A DNA stretch of 62,875 nt, the filler included, from Stramenopiles sp. TOSAG23-6 (lineage: Eukaryota): NCBI GenBank assembly GCA_900128565.1. It is 9 parts of 9 records of this genome, joined end to end, with 100 filler letters (N's around TTAATTAATTAA, not from the genome) between each part and the next. Parts side by side here need not be neighbours in the genome. Positions count along the whole stretch, not along the records: positions 22,841 to 34,143 come from LT636270.1; positions 34,244 to 45,545 come from LT636271.1; 7 more parts are not named here. One strand, written 5' to 3'. The position numbers and the translations under genes are program-made. Below are positions 22,841 through 34,298 of the stretch, one piece after another. Within the stretch, counting starts at the first letter, position 1; each line of letters opens with the position of its first letter. The notes below the pieces were generated by a model. The model was not told where the DNA came from and ran no database searches. It saw only the letters and a program-made list of their open reading frames with translations.

Positions 22841-23255
22841 AGCTTTTGCTGCTTGTTCTGCTGCTTTAGCTTTTGCTGCTTGTTCTGCTGCTTTAGCTTT
22901 TGCTGCTTGTTCTGCTGCTTTAGCTTTTGCTGCTTCTTCTGCTGCCAAAACTGTACCCGAACCTGTACCTGTACCTGTACCTGTACCTGAACCTGAACCA
23001 GAATCAGAATCTAATCCAGAACCAGAACCTGAATTTGAACCAGGTCGCCCGTTTTTGTAATTCTCCTTTTGGGGGGGTCCATCTGAAGTTCTGAAAGCAG
23101 AAGGGTATCCCGCGAGACGCTTTCCATCGCCGCGCAAGATCGAGGTTTCTTCATCATCGTTTCCAGCTTTTGGAAGTTGATAAAAAAAGAATCTTGAAAG
23201 TGAAACAACTGCACCAAAGACAGCCAATCCAAAAAATGATATTTTGACCACGCAT
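22841..23255 (-). CDS. Hypothetical membrane-anchored repeat protein, 3'-partial
   Basis: GS/GT and AAEQAAKAK repeats; ATG at 23255 joins the long frame only with a 1-nt indel in a T run. Confidence 0.45.
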
Positions 23256-23494
23256 ATTTTTATCAAATAAAGATCGAGGCACCTCCGTAAATCTGTGTGT
23301 ATAATTCTAGAAAACAATTGAATATTATGAAGGGTTTGACGGTACCAAGCGGCAAGGTTGTGTTTTGCTACCAGTCAGTCAGCTGGGTGACGTCTGATCG
23401 AGTCAAACTCTACTACTACCCAGCTAGCTTTCTCTCTTCTCATAGGAGTTCTATAAAATTGATTGTTCTAAGTGCTGGTGTCGGTCTCTCTTAG

Positions 23495-24697
23495 ATGAAT
23501 CGCCAGGTATTAGTAGCATTTGCAGTGGGTGCCACTACCGCTGCTGGGGGAACTCTGATCTATTTATATTTGAACGCTATGGGACAAAAGCGTAGAACGT
23601 TACAGAACTTGATGGCCACAAAAGCCCGAGCTTTTGAATTATCTGTTGGTGAGACTCCTCTCGTAAAGCTACAATGTCTTTCTGAACTTACAGGTTGTAC
23701 TATTCTTGCAAAGTGTGAATTTCTCAATCCGGGTGGTTCAACAAAAGATCGCGTTGCCCGGGAGATTATTCTTGATGCCGAAGCCCGTGGTGACCTCCCA
23801 GTTGGTGGTGGTGGTATTGTAACTGAAGGTACCTCTGGTAGTACAGGCATATCTCTTACGCTAATGGCTCGCTCCCATGGTCACGAGTGCCATATAATTC
23901 TACCCGATGATGTCGCAAAGGAAAAATCCGACTTATTGGAACGTTTTGGAGCTTCAGTACGTCGTGTTGCATCTGTTGCTATAGTAAATTCCCGGCATTA
24001 TGTCAATGTTGCTAAACAACTGGCCGTTGATCTAGCGCATAAAGGTGCTTATTTCGCAGATCAATTTGAGAATCCTTCAAATGTAAAGGCACATTATCGA
24101 ACGACAGGGCCAGAAATATGGCGTCAATGTGCGGGTAAAGTAGATGCTTTTGTCATGGGTGCTGGTACTGGTGGGACCATATCCGGGGTAGCTAAATATC
24201 TGAAAGAAAAAAAATCTGATGTTAGAATATTTCTTGCTGACCCTCCTGGCTCTGCTTTAGCTCGCAGAGTAAACTATGGAGTTTTATATACTCCAGAGCA
24301 ATGTGAGCGTACCTTAGAGAGACATCGATATGATACAATTGTTGAGGGTGTAGGGTTATCGAGGTTAACTGCAAACTTTCAATCAGGATTAACGTTATTT
24401 GAAGAGGCTTTTACAATTAAGGATGAGGAATCTGTGAAAATGTCACGTTTTTTGTTATCTCGTGAAGGTATTTTTGTAGGGAGTTCTTCTGGAATGAACT
24501 GTGTAGCAGCCGTAAAGGTTGCTCGGAAGTTAGGTCCTGGACATGTAATAGTTACATTATTATGCGATAGTGGGCAGCGTCATTTATCTAGATTTTGGAA
24601 TGAACAATATATCAGAAAACACGGGATTGATCCTACGATAAATACTATTTCTAATCCTAGTTGTAGTAATAGTGAATTATTAAGTTTTGTTGAGTAA
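23495..24697 (+). CDS. Cysteine synthase-like PLP enzyme with N-terminal hydrophobic anchor
   Basis: AKCEFLNPGGSTKDRVA, EGTSGSTG, DQFENP, GAGTGGT, EGIFVGSSSG, LCDSGQRHLS; intronless. Confidence 0.93.
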   Translation: MNRQVLVAFAVGATTAAGGTLIYLYLNAMGQKRRTLQNLMATKARAFELSVGETPLVKLQCLSELTGCTILAKCEFLNPGGSTKDRVAREIILDAEARGDLPVGGGGIVTEGTSGSTGISLTLMARSHGHECHIILPDDVAKEKSDLLERFGASVRRVASVAIVNSRHYVNVAKQLAVDLAHKGAYFADQFENPSNVKAHYRTTGPEIWRQCAGKVDAFVMGAGTGGTISGVAKYLKEKKSDVRIFLADPPGSALARRVNYGVLYTPEQCERTLERHRYDTIVEGVGLSRLTANFQSGLTLFEEAFTIKDEESVKMSRFLLSREGIFVGSSSGMNCVAAVKVARKLGPGHVIVTLLCDSGQRHLSRFWNEQYIRKHGIDPTINTISNPSCSNSELLSFVE

Positions 24698-24804
24698 ATA
24701 TATATCGTTTATAATCTTAGTTGAAGTAGTAATAAATCCTTATCTTTATTGGTTAAATATTGATAATCCCAAATTGAACGTATGACTATTATAGCCTATA
24801 CTAA

Positions 24805-25917
24805 TCAAATAAGAACATCGAAACGCACAAATGCAGTTTTACTTTTTATTCGCTGTCTATTTGTTTCATCAATTGGGTTAAATCGTAAGTCCAAAGTCTC
24901 TAAAATATTACACGAACTACTGCTCAAAAGATTAACGAGAGTAAATGCATCGTCGCCATTTATATTATTCCATCGTAAATCCAACAACTGTAGTGAGCGT
25001 AGTTTAAGCAAGCTTTGAAATATAATATTTTCACCTTCACTATCTACTTTCGTATAAATATCGTTACCATATAAACATAGAGCATTAAGAGAAGTAGACG
25101 CCTGTTTGACACAAAGTTTTAATATACTGGAAACACCATCTGTACCTACATTGCTTTGCCCATACAGATTGATCAATGATATACTATTCTTAGGAAAACT
25201 ATTTAACATTTGACAAGTTATTTCTGTCGCAGACTCGATGAAAAAGCCAGATAAATCGATTATATTGATTCCTTGAGTTGTCGGTGAACTGGAAATTTCA
25301 TCATCTTGCCATAATGATTCAATTGTAGATAACACTGAGTTGTTGGGAATATATGTTCTCCAATTTCTTCGACTACCCTTGACTTGACTAACCTGTATTG
25401 CTGTATTCTGCTGAAGTGACTTCATCTGGTCTTGAATATCACTACTAATATGTCGCGACGTTTCTTCAGAGAAAGTAGAGATGGTACCAGCACCAGCTTC
25501 TGCGCCATGGCCACACAATGAATTATCATTACTGATTCCTAAAATATTCATAATATCTCTCCCCTTTGCACCAGGTGATAGAAATGTCTGTGCTGTGAAG
25601 TCAGTCTTCGAACTCCCAGATCCAGATTGTTCACCACCGTGTACACCAGATTGTTCACCACCGTGTACACCAGTACCATAAGCAGCAGTTGCGCTATCAA
25701 AAAAACACGAGACAGAATTATTATTGGTATTGCGATTCGTGCGATATTGTTGATTGAAGCCAGCTGTGCCATCCGGACCATCAGCGGTGATAAACAACGG
25801 TCCTTTGTTTTGACCATTTTTGGAACCAAAAAGCATCATCATTGCATCTTCAGTTTCCAACTCGATATTACTTCCTGTTCCATGACCACTTTTATGAGTC
25901 GGGATTGCTTTTGTCAT
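24805..25917 (-). CDS. Leucine-rich repeat (RNI-like) protein
   Basis: LNALCLYGNDI, LQLLDLRWNNI, LETLDLRFNPI. Confidence 0.75.
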   Translation of the reverse strand: MTKAIPTHKSGHGTGSNIELETEDAMMMLFGSKNGQNKGPLFITADGPDGTAGFNQQYRTNRNTNNNSVSCFFDSATAAYGTGVHGGEQSGVHGGEQSGSGSSKTDFTAQTFLSPGAKGRDIMNILGISNDNSLCGHGAEAGAGTISTFSEETSRHISSDIQDQMKSLQQNTAIQVSQVKGSRRNWRTYIPNNSVLSTIESLWQDDEISSSPTTQGINIIDLSGFFIESATEITCQMLNSFPKNSISLINLYGQSNVGTDGVSSILKLCVKQASTSLNALCLYGNDIYTKVDSEGENIIFQSLLKLRSLQLLDLRWNNINGDDAFTLVNLLSSSSCNILETLDLRFNPIDETNRQRIKSKTAFVRFDVLI

Positions 25918-26471
25918 AATAAATTACTCTAGATTATCAACAAATTTTGAGAAATGAAAGACCATACAATGCTCCTCTCAATCAGAAAAACACAATTTTA
26001 ATTGTACTTTGTATACTAGCAAGGCAAGCAAGCAACAGACCGGATCGGCGGAGCGGAATTCCACGTAGACGTAGATCTGGCGCGCAAAGCCCTAACCCTA
26101 ACTAGCCTAGTAGCTTTTTTGCAGCTTTTTTTCAAATTTCTCTCTGTCCAAACTTTAACTATTTGTTATTTCTGCTTGGATTTATCAATTTATTAATGTA
26201 TTTACGGACTTGATTGATAAAAAACAGTTTCGAAAAATGATAATAAAAAACTGCCTCAAAATCGAAATGACTCAATGCGCTTTTGCCTTATTCCAAAATA
26301 AAAAAATATCTTTAGAATAATGTGTTGTTATATCAACATCTACTCGGTGGAGTAGTTGTGACATAAATGAACACTGCAGTAGTATGGTATTATACAAAAT
26401 CAAGATGTACTTTTGCAGAAATATAATTTATGATTTTGTTTTTCCATTCTCATTTATATTTTAAAAAATAA

Positions 26472-28952
26472 TTAGCGTAAGCCTTCTCGGCAGGTAAGAC
26501 CGCTTGAATTACAAATAGTCTCATCTGCGCCTTTTTTAATAAGATACGCTGCAAGGTCATAAAATTTAAATGCAAACGCATAGTGCAGTGGTGTTTGACC
26601 TCCTCGATTTCTTTGATTTATATCTGCACCAAGTCTAAGGCACATTTTTGATATATTTTTAAGATTATTCTGTACAGCAATACATAAAAGTGTATTTCCA
26701 TTATCATCAAACGTGGAAACTGGAAATCCCTCTAGTAATGCATTTAATACAAAATCAGATCGGCGATTTCGACATGCGCTGAATACTTCTTGCCAATCGT
26801 CTTCAGATTTTCTGCTTAATGTGATATTATTCCTACCATTAATGTTAACATCAGACATGTTTGGTGTTTCTATTTGGGATGTTGTTGGATATTCAGACAT
26901 GTTTGGTGTTTCTATTTGGGATGTTGTTGGATAGGCCTGTGTAAACAAAGTATCTGTAGTATTTTTGGTTTCATATGTCGTATTCTTAAGGAATTTGTTT
27001 TCTTCTTGAAAAGTTTCATTTTGCCAGGCATCCTTTTTTGTCGCATGGAAACTAGTATGTGTTTCTTGTAAACTGTGATGATAAGGCACTTCTGTTGATT
27101 CTTCGATATTATCCTTGTAATATTCTGAATAAACAGCATTTTGTTGTACAAAATCATATGTCCTTTCAGCTTGAGTCTCGTCGGTAACATTCGGTTGTAC
27201 ATTCTCGTTGGTAACATTCGGTTGTACATTCTCGTTGGTAACATTTGGTTGTATATAGCTTACTGATATATTATACGTATCTGGGTGTGGATACGAGGGT
27301 GGTGGGGGAATAGAAAAAGTAGAAGGGTTTGTGTGTTCTTCCACCAAATTTGCAACTTCTTGATTTTTATTCATATATTGTTCTGAGATTTGGACACTAT
27401 TTGTAGTTTTACGCCATGGTGGTGGATGTGACGGTGGAGAAGGTCGCCATACTCCTGATTCATCATTATTTGTATAATCAGGTCCGTTATAACCATATTC
27501 ATTGTATATGTTGGAAGCATCACCATTAGTGTAATCATGTCCATTATAACCATATTCATTATATATGTTGGAAGAATCATNATTAGTGTAATCATGTCCA
27601 TTATAATCGTATTCATTATATACATTTGAAGTGTAATCATCATCATAGCTATATTTCATTGGTGGTGGCGGTGGTGGGGGCGGTGGTATTAAATTATGTG
27701 TTTGATTTCTAGATAAAGTTGTTGGTGGGGGCGGTGGTATTAAATTATGTGTTTGATTTCTAGATAAAGTTGTTGCTGGTGGTGGTGGTGGAGTCTGAAT
27801 GACAGCAAATGCAATTGTGTGCGCACTACCACATGCTATTGCACCCACTCTAATATTTTCTAATTCGGGTACAAGTTGCGGAACAAGCTGATTAAACTTT
27901 CCATCAAATATATCAGCACTTTCACCATTCACTTTGCCTAGACCCAATCTTCCTCTATCACCGTAACCCCATGCATATACCTTACCTAGTACCGTCACTG
28001 CAACTGAATGCCATAAACCAGCGGCAACATGAGCAATCGGAATATTTGCAAGAACTGCTATTTTTTTAGGGTATCTCCAGTTATAAAGATTCCCATGACC
28101 ACATTGACCGTCCCCACCATAACCCCAGGAAAATACTTCTTTCGCTTCAGTCAATGCAATCATATGAAAACTACCAGCGGCAATATCAATTAATGANGTG
28201 GATTCAAAGAAATTGACATGCCTTGGAAACATTACAATTTCGTTTTCACTTGATGAAAGATAACCAAGACGGCCATACCGTGCAGCTCCCCAGGTATATA
28301 ACTGTCCTTCAGCTGTAAGCAAACTTGTATGCTGACGTCCAAATACTAATTTGAAAGGTCTAGAATGATCATATGAGTCTGGGCGTACTAAGCGAGGACT
28401 GGTGACATTATTATTTGTACCAGTTGCACACTGACTAAATCTATTAAAACCCCAACAAAATAATGAGCCTGATCTAGTAATACAACCTGAAGATGCACCT
28501 GCGGCCGCCACATGAACTAAAGGGTCTTCCGGGCGAACCATCAAGAGTTTCGGTTTTCGATATGATATTTCGTCGCCATGACCTAATCGTCCCCACAAAC
28601 CTAAGCCCCATGTATATGCTTCACCTTTATCTGTTGCAGCGATAGTGTGTTTCGAACCACAAGCTAGATGAACGACGCGCAACTGAGCTAATGACGATAC
28701 AAGAGTTGGAACACGGACAACATAATCATGCATTTGACCCCATTGATAGACTCGATTATCTGCCGTTATTATAGCGTTAAACTTGGCTCCACATTTAAGA
28801 ACAGCTAATTTTTCGTGCGATGTTAGACGCTGTGCCACTGCTACTGGAAACCAGGTTGCATGACGTCCAAAAGGAAACTCAACGCCACCTTCTTCCTCTG
28901 GACAGCCGAGCTGATAACTAAATGCGTCCCCCCAGCCGTACAGCCCTGTCAT
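26472..28952 (-). CDS. RCC1-repeat beta-propeller, Pro/Tyr-rich linker and C-terminal ankyrin repeats
   Basis: Repeated ACGxxHT...YTWG...GRLG; GNTLLCIAVQNN, GQTPLHYAF. Confidence 0.9.
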   Translation of the reverse strand: MTGLYGWGDAFSYQLGCPEEEGGVEFPFGRHATWFPVAVAQRLTSHEKLAVLKCGAKFNAIITADNRVYQWGQMHDYVVRVPTLVSSLAQLRVVHLACGSKHTIAATDKGEAYTWGLGLWGRLGHGDEISYRKPKLLMVRPEDPLVHVAAAGASSGCITRSGSLFCWGFNRFSQCATGTNNNVTSPRLVRPDSYDHSRPFKLVFGRQHTSLLTAEGQLYTWGAARYGRLGYLSSSENEIVMFPRHVNFFESXSLIDIAAGSFHMIALTEAKEVFSWGYGGDGQCGHGNLYNWRYPKKIAVLANIPIAHVAAGLWHSVAVTVLGKVYAWGYGDRGRLGLGKVNGESADIFDGKFNQLVPQLVPELENIRVGAIACGSAHTIAFAVIQTPPPPPATTLSRNQTHNLIPPPPPTTLSRNQTHNLIPPPPPPPPPMKYSYDDDYTSNVYNEYDYNGHDYTNXDSSNIYNEYGYNGHDYTNGDASNIYNEYGYNGPDYTNNDESGVWRPSPPSHPPPWRKTTNSVQISEQYMNKNQEVANLVEEHTNPSTFSIPPPPSYPHPDTYNISVSYIQPNVTNENVQPNVTNENVQPNVTDETQAERTYDFVQQNAVYSEYYKDNIEESTEVPYHHSLQETHTSFHATKKDAWQNETFQEENKFLKNTTYETKNTTDTLFTQAYPTTSQIETPNMSEYPTTSQIETPNMSDVNINGRNNITLSRKSEDDWQEVFSACRNRRSDFVLNALLEGFPVSTFDDNGNTLLCIAVQNNLKNISKMCLRLGADINQRNRGGQTPLHYAFAFKFYDLAAYLIKKGADETICNSSGLTCREGLR

Positions 28953-29445
28953 GTTTTCTATAGGTATAACGTCACGGCCAATACAAATGATACATATCTA
29001 AAGAGAACCAAATGTCTATTTATTTGAATTTGTTCCAAAAGATTTTTTAATGATCAGATCGAGGAATACATATTAATAGCTACTAGCATAACTCTACTTA
29101 AGCTCAAGGATTCTATATCCTTGGTAGTATATAAGCTAACTACCTCCTACCTCAACGTTAAAAATTTAACTGCCAGCGCAGAATCGATGTGATGACGTCT
29201 GTCATGACAAATCAAATTGACAACCAATGACATGCGGCCATCCATGCATTAATTCATGCCCATTGCCACAGGCAAAATTTAATTTTATCAATCCAATCAA
29301 TCAACACAAGGAGAGTACTTTTTACTTAGAGACTCATCTGCGAGTTCGTCTACTATCTACTACATAATATATTCATATAATTGGTTAACCAATTCATCCA
29401 GATTTGCAAACAATAAGCTATTATAAATACGGTCAACTTCACCAA

Positions 29446-30417
29446 ATGGTTCAGAAGAATAAATGGGTAGCTCCGCTGAACATTCCCGTTAGTCGCCGTC
29501 GACAAACTTTAGCAGTACTCATATGGTCTTTGATAATACCAATATGTTTAGCCTTATCCGTCCACTGCATGTTTTCTAAAAATAGTATTATTTTCTATAG
29601 TTTTCTCCTATATTTGTTGTACATTAACTTTTTCCAGGTTTTCCACGAAGATGGTGGTCGCCGAAGTATGTGGGTCCGTCGCCTTTTACTATGGAAGTGG
29701 ATGGCGAGGTATTTCCCAGTAACTTTGATAAAAACATCGGAGTTATCCATTTCTAGAAAGTATATATTTGGTTATCATCCTCACGGTATAATAAGTCTTG
29801 GTGCAATTACTGCCCTTGCGACAGAAGGTCCTAGTCCATCTTTTGAGGAGCATTTTCCAGGGATCAATATTCGAGTTTTAACACTGGCGGTAAACTTTTA
29901 TCTACCATTTCTAGGTCTACTTCTCACAAAGCTTGGTGTGTGCAGTTGTAGCAAAAGAAGTTGCAATTCGGTTCTTAATAAAGGAAATGGAAATGCTATT
30001 GCTTTAGTTCTCGGAGGTGCAAAAGAATCACTCGATTCACATGTACGTTTTCATCATTAATTTTAAATTTATTTTTTTGTACCAAAATTCGTACCTAACG
30101 AATTTCGAATTTGACATATTTGTTCACAATACATATAGGGACGGCGAGATTGACTTTGAAACATCGGAAAGGTTTCGTAAAGGTCGCTTTACGTCAAGGA
30201 GCTGATTTAGTACCTATATTTTGTTTTGGTGAAACGGATCTCTTTGATCAAGCTGAGAACCCACGTGGTAGTTTATTAAGGCGTATTCAAGCTTCGATGC
30301 AATCAGTTTTAGGTTTTGCGGTTCCAATATTTAAAGGGAGAGGTGTTTTCAACTATGTTTTTGGATTCCTTCCTCAACGTCGCCCTCTTTATGTTGTTGT
30401 TGGAACTCCAATAGTAT
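29446..30417 (+). CDS. DGAT2: Diacylglycerol acyltransferase 2 (DGAT2/MOGAT family); join(29446..30042,30135..30417), C-terminus missing
   Basis: YFP, GYHPHG, GGAKESL, RKGFVKVAL, LVPIFCFGETDLF, VVGTPI. Confidence 0.88.
30043..30134 (+). other. Non-canonical intron (GT-AT)
   Basis: Restores ESLDSH|IGTARLTLKHRKGF; adjacent TAG acceptor (30138) is out of frame. Confidence 0.9.
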
Positions 30418-30503
30418 GTATGTTTTATTTTTTTTGTATGATTTATTTTCATACGAAATTTTGTACCTAACGATTTTTTTTGAAATATTTTTCCAAAATA
30501 CAT
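30418..30503 (+). other. Family intron (GT-AT), possibly a chimeric junction
   Basis: GTATGTTTT...GTACCTAAC...CCAAAATACAT. Confidence 0.75.
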
Positions 30504-33416
30504 CATCTCATGAAGGTTTACTCTAGGTATCGTTCTGGCAAAGTTCACGTAACAATGAAAGATAATTCTGATGATAAAAAATATGTGTATGAGGGGGCTC
30601 TTTCTGAAGATACTTTTCGTTTTATTGAGGCTACAGATCTTCGAACTCCTGAAGCAATGTATCCTTTATTTTTTTTCAAATTCGATTTTTTTTCGTATAA
30701 AATTTTGTACCTAACGATTTTTTTTTTGAAATATTTTTTCATCATACATGTCATATTTCAGGGGAATGCAGCCAAATATTTGTGATCGTGCAATGAGATT
30801 ACGAGCAACACGTTGTCTAGAAAATATAGTGAATGGACTGTGTTTTGTAGATAAAGGCCAAGAACGGATAGTATCTGACAATTCTAGTGGACATATNNNN
30901 NNNNNNNNNNNNNNNNAAATGTGACACCGTATAATCAAACATCCAAGTTCTTACGTACTAATCAGATACAATCACTGAAACAGCAGAGCAATATACACTT
31001 AACTCTGGCAACTGGTTTAAATATCGATAATCTTGCGAGAAAGCGAGATAATCCCAATGTTCCAAAACAACAGCGCATATCAAAGATAAAATCACCTACA
31101 ATGATTTGTCTGAATAAATTTATGTTGAATCCAAGTAATACCCTGTGTACTATTCTTGGCCAATGCAACGGGAAAAGATTAATCTTCAATGTAACAAATA
31201 ATCAATCTGATGAAAAATATAAAATTGCATTAGATATCCAGCAAAAGAGCAATCATCCAAATTTGAAGCTAACTAAACGACAGCAAAGAAATCTACTCAA
31301 AAGTGTTGCTTTGCGTCTTAGACTTGCACATTCATCAACATCAGATTTAGGAGAAACAGCCGAGCAAATAGATCATAGTGAAAATATACTCAAGAAACAT
31401 TATAAACTTTATATAGTTAATGACAGTGGTGATTCAATAATAAAGAAGGAAGCGAAAAAAAAGAAAAACGAAAAACGGATTTGTAAACCAAAACAGAATA
31501 TAGTAGAAAAAAAAGAGAAACAAATGAAAATAAATAGAAATGTTGAACAAAATCTACTAACAGGAAGTGAATTGAATCACACAAAAAAAACAAATCATTA
31601 TAAGTCACCAGATGACAAATCTCTAAACATTTCAAAAACAAAACATAGTAAGTCAACAAGAAAAACAAAATCACAGAAAAACAGTAAATTTAGAATTGAA
31701 GGGGTGTCTACATCTACAATAAATAGAGTACCGAATATTGCCAAGTATCCGAAAGCAGCGAAGCAAGTGAAAAAGAAAGAAAAGACTACCGAGAAAGAAA
31801 TAGTGATCAAAACGACCCGAAAAAAAGTAGCACGTTCTCCAAAATCCTGTCGCTCAATAAAATCTTCAATAAAACCTTCTGCAAATACTCATAAAAATAG
31901 CCCAACAAAGAAGAACGAAGCTAAAGAAAATAACTCTTCAGTGTTATTTAAAACCATGAAAAAACGCCGAGTACATAAACAAATCACATTCAAAGAAAAG
32001 TATGCATCTAGACAAAAGAAATATTTTAAGTCTGCAACAACTATTCAATGTTTATTTCGTATTGTGAGAGCTACTAAATGTATTCAATCTCGTCGACGGC
32101 AAGTGGCTGCTTGTACTATTCAAAACAAATATCGCCAATATATTGCCATTGTCAAGACTCAACAAAAACGAAAACAAAAGCAAAAGTCAGCACAAATAAT
32201 ACAAAGAATCTTCCGTGGTCATCAAATGCGTACTCTATTGCAAAAACAACGAGTAAGTAGTATTTTAATTCAATCAATATTCCGAAGAATCATTTGTTGT
32301 AGAAAACTCCTTAATATTAGAAAACGACAACGACGACTTGCTGCAGCTATTAAGTTGCAGCAAAGATATCGCAGTCATATGATTATAGCGATACCAGCAG
32401 CGATTTATTTACAAAAGGTAATTAGAGGATGGCATACTCGTAATATAAAAATTCCACAACAAAATAGAGAATTAAAGGCATCTTTGAATATACAAAGAGT
32501 ATGGCAAGGATTTCAAGGAAGAGTACGGTGGTGCATGAGACGCAGAAAAGTGAGAGCATCAATCGTCATTCAGGCATTTGCACGTCGACATCTAGCTAAT
32601 AAAAAGCTCCGTTCGATGCGTCGATGTAAAAATGCAGCCTACACATTACAAAGAAGTATTTCGCTATATATATTCATTATTAATCGATGTAAAGCGGCCA
32701 AGGAAATACAAGAATTTACTCGAAGGATTTCGCATATGGTTGAAGCAAAGAAAACAGTGAAACTATTGCGCGAGAACAAATATGCTTGTGTCATTCAACG
32801 TATTGAACGAGGCCGACAAAGCCGCCAAACAGTAATATTGATGAAAACCCAACTTGCGGCGCGTTTAATTCAAAATTGCTGGAGACAGAAGATATCATTT
32901 GATGTTGTCAACTATCGGCGTAAATCTCGAGCATCTACACGAATCTCCAAAATAGTTCGCAGTCGATTGTCAAGAAAGCGTGCACTTCATTTATTGAAAG
33001 TTAAATATGCATCTCTAGTTCAAAGATTATACCGAGGATATCATACACGGAAGATAGTCCGATATTTGCATAAGTCACTGTGGTCTCAACGTGGACATGC
33101 TAGAGGAAAATTAGCATTTGAATTCGAAGAACCTCTCTCTATTGGTGATATGATCATTCTGGCAGATACGGAGGACATTATGCGATTGCCATTGACGCGC
33201 TGGATGAAAATATTTGGACAAAATGAAGAGTTTGCAAAACATACCAGATGCATGTATTCCTCTTGGGGTGGAGCAGCCGCATTAGTAGATTCAACAATTG
33301 ATTCTCACGATGGATCCATTAAACTTTCTGGATTTTTTGATCTCAATACAGGACTTCCAACAATAATGGCCGGTGGTGCTTGGTGGCCACATGAATTATT
33401 ATATTTTGCAAGATAA
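30504..33416 (+). CDS. Multi-IQ-motif (calmodulin-binding) protein, 5' end uncertain, spans gap 30897-30916
   Basis: 831-aa ORF with many IQxxxRGxxxR-type motifs; upstream exons 30504-30658 and 30750-30896 open. Confidence 0.75.
30659..30749 (+). other. Non-canonical intron (GT-AT) with GTATCCTTT donor
   Basis: AT|GTATCCTTT...GTACCTAAC...CATCATACAT|G; restores open frame to gap. Confidence 0.8.
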
Positions 33417-33466
33417 AACAATTTAATTTATACAATTCCATTCAATTTATTTCTATTTTGTTATTT

Positions 33467-34143
33467 CTAAGATGTTTCCTCGGTTAATTTATCTGTGTCT
33501 AAATCGTCACCATCTGGTGGTTCGCGTTCATCGTCATTTGAACTATCAAAAAGATAGGGTGTGTTATCATCACGATCTGAGCACGATGATGAAAGCATGA
33601 CAGAAGCACGATCATCGTCACTATCATCTTCACCACTATCCTCGCCATCTTCGCCTGATTCAAAACCATCTACTGGATCTTCCTTTGGTCCATACTTTTC
33701 TTTCCACTTTTCAAATATTTCCCCGTCGTTACCATCCCATGGTCGTCGCCAATTATTTTGCATCGCCAAATATCGATTATCCCTTATATATCTTTTTTTG
33801 CTTCTTCTTTCTTCCTTTTTCACAAGTGAATCTTGCATCATCTTCACCCATTCTGCGTGCATTCGATCTTTTGCTCCCGTAGCTAGTTTAATCTCATTCA
33901 TTAAACTGGCTAAATCCTTTTCTGATTGTACATACATGTTGGTCACTGTATTAACGGAGATTTCAGCTTCAAATTCCGAAGAGAATTGATGGTTAATGAA
34001 TGGATCGCCTTGGTCAAATGCCATTTTTCTTCTAACCATTCCAGAGAGAGCTTTTTTGCTTTCTACCATACGTGCTTTTGCTTCTTTTATTTTTTCTTTA
34101 CCGTCCTTTATAAGCTCAATGGCCTTTGCGCGCCGATATCGCT
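33467..34143 (-). CDS. Hypothetical protein with acidic tail, 5'-partial
   Basis: 200-aa ORF open to linker. Confidence 0.55.
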
Positions 34144-34243
34144 NNNNNNNNNNNNNNNNNNNNNNNNNNNNNNNNNNNNNNNNNNNNTTAATTAATTAAN
34201 NNNNNNNNNNNNNNNNNNNNNNNNNNNNNNNNNNNNNNNNNNN

Positions 34244-34298
34244 AGGTACAAAATTTCGTATGAAAAAAAAATCGAATTTGAAAAAAAATAAAACATAC
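34244..34298 (-). other. Family intron, truncated by contig end
   Basis: AT|GTATGTTTT...GTACCT. Confidence 0.8.
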
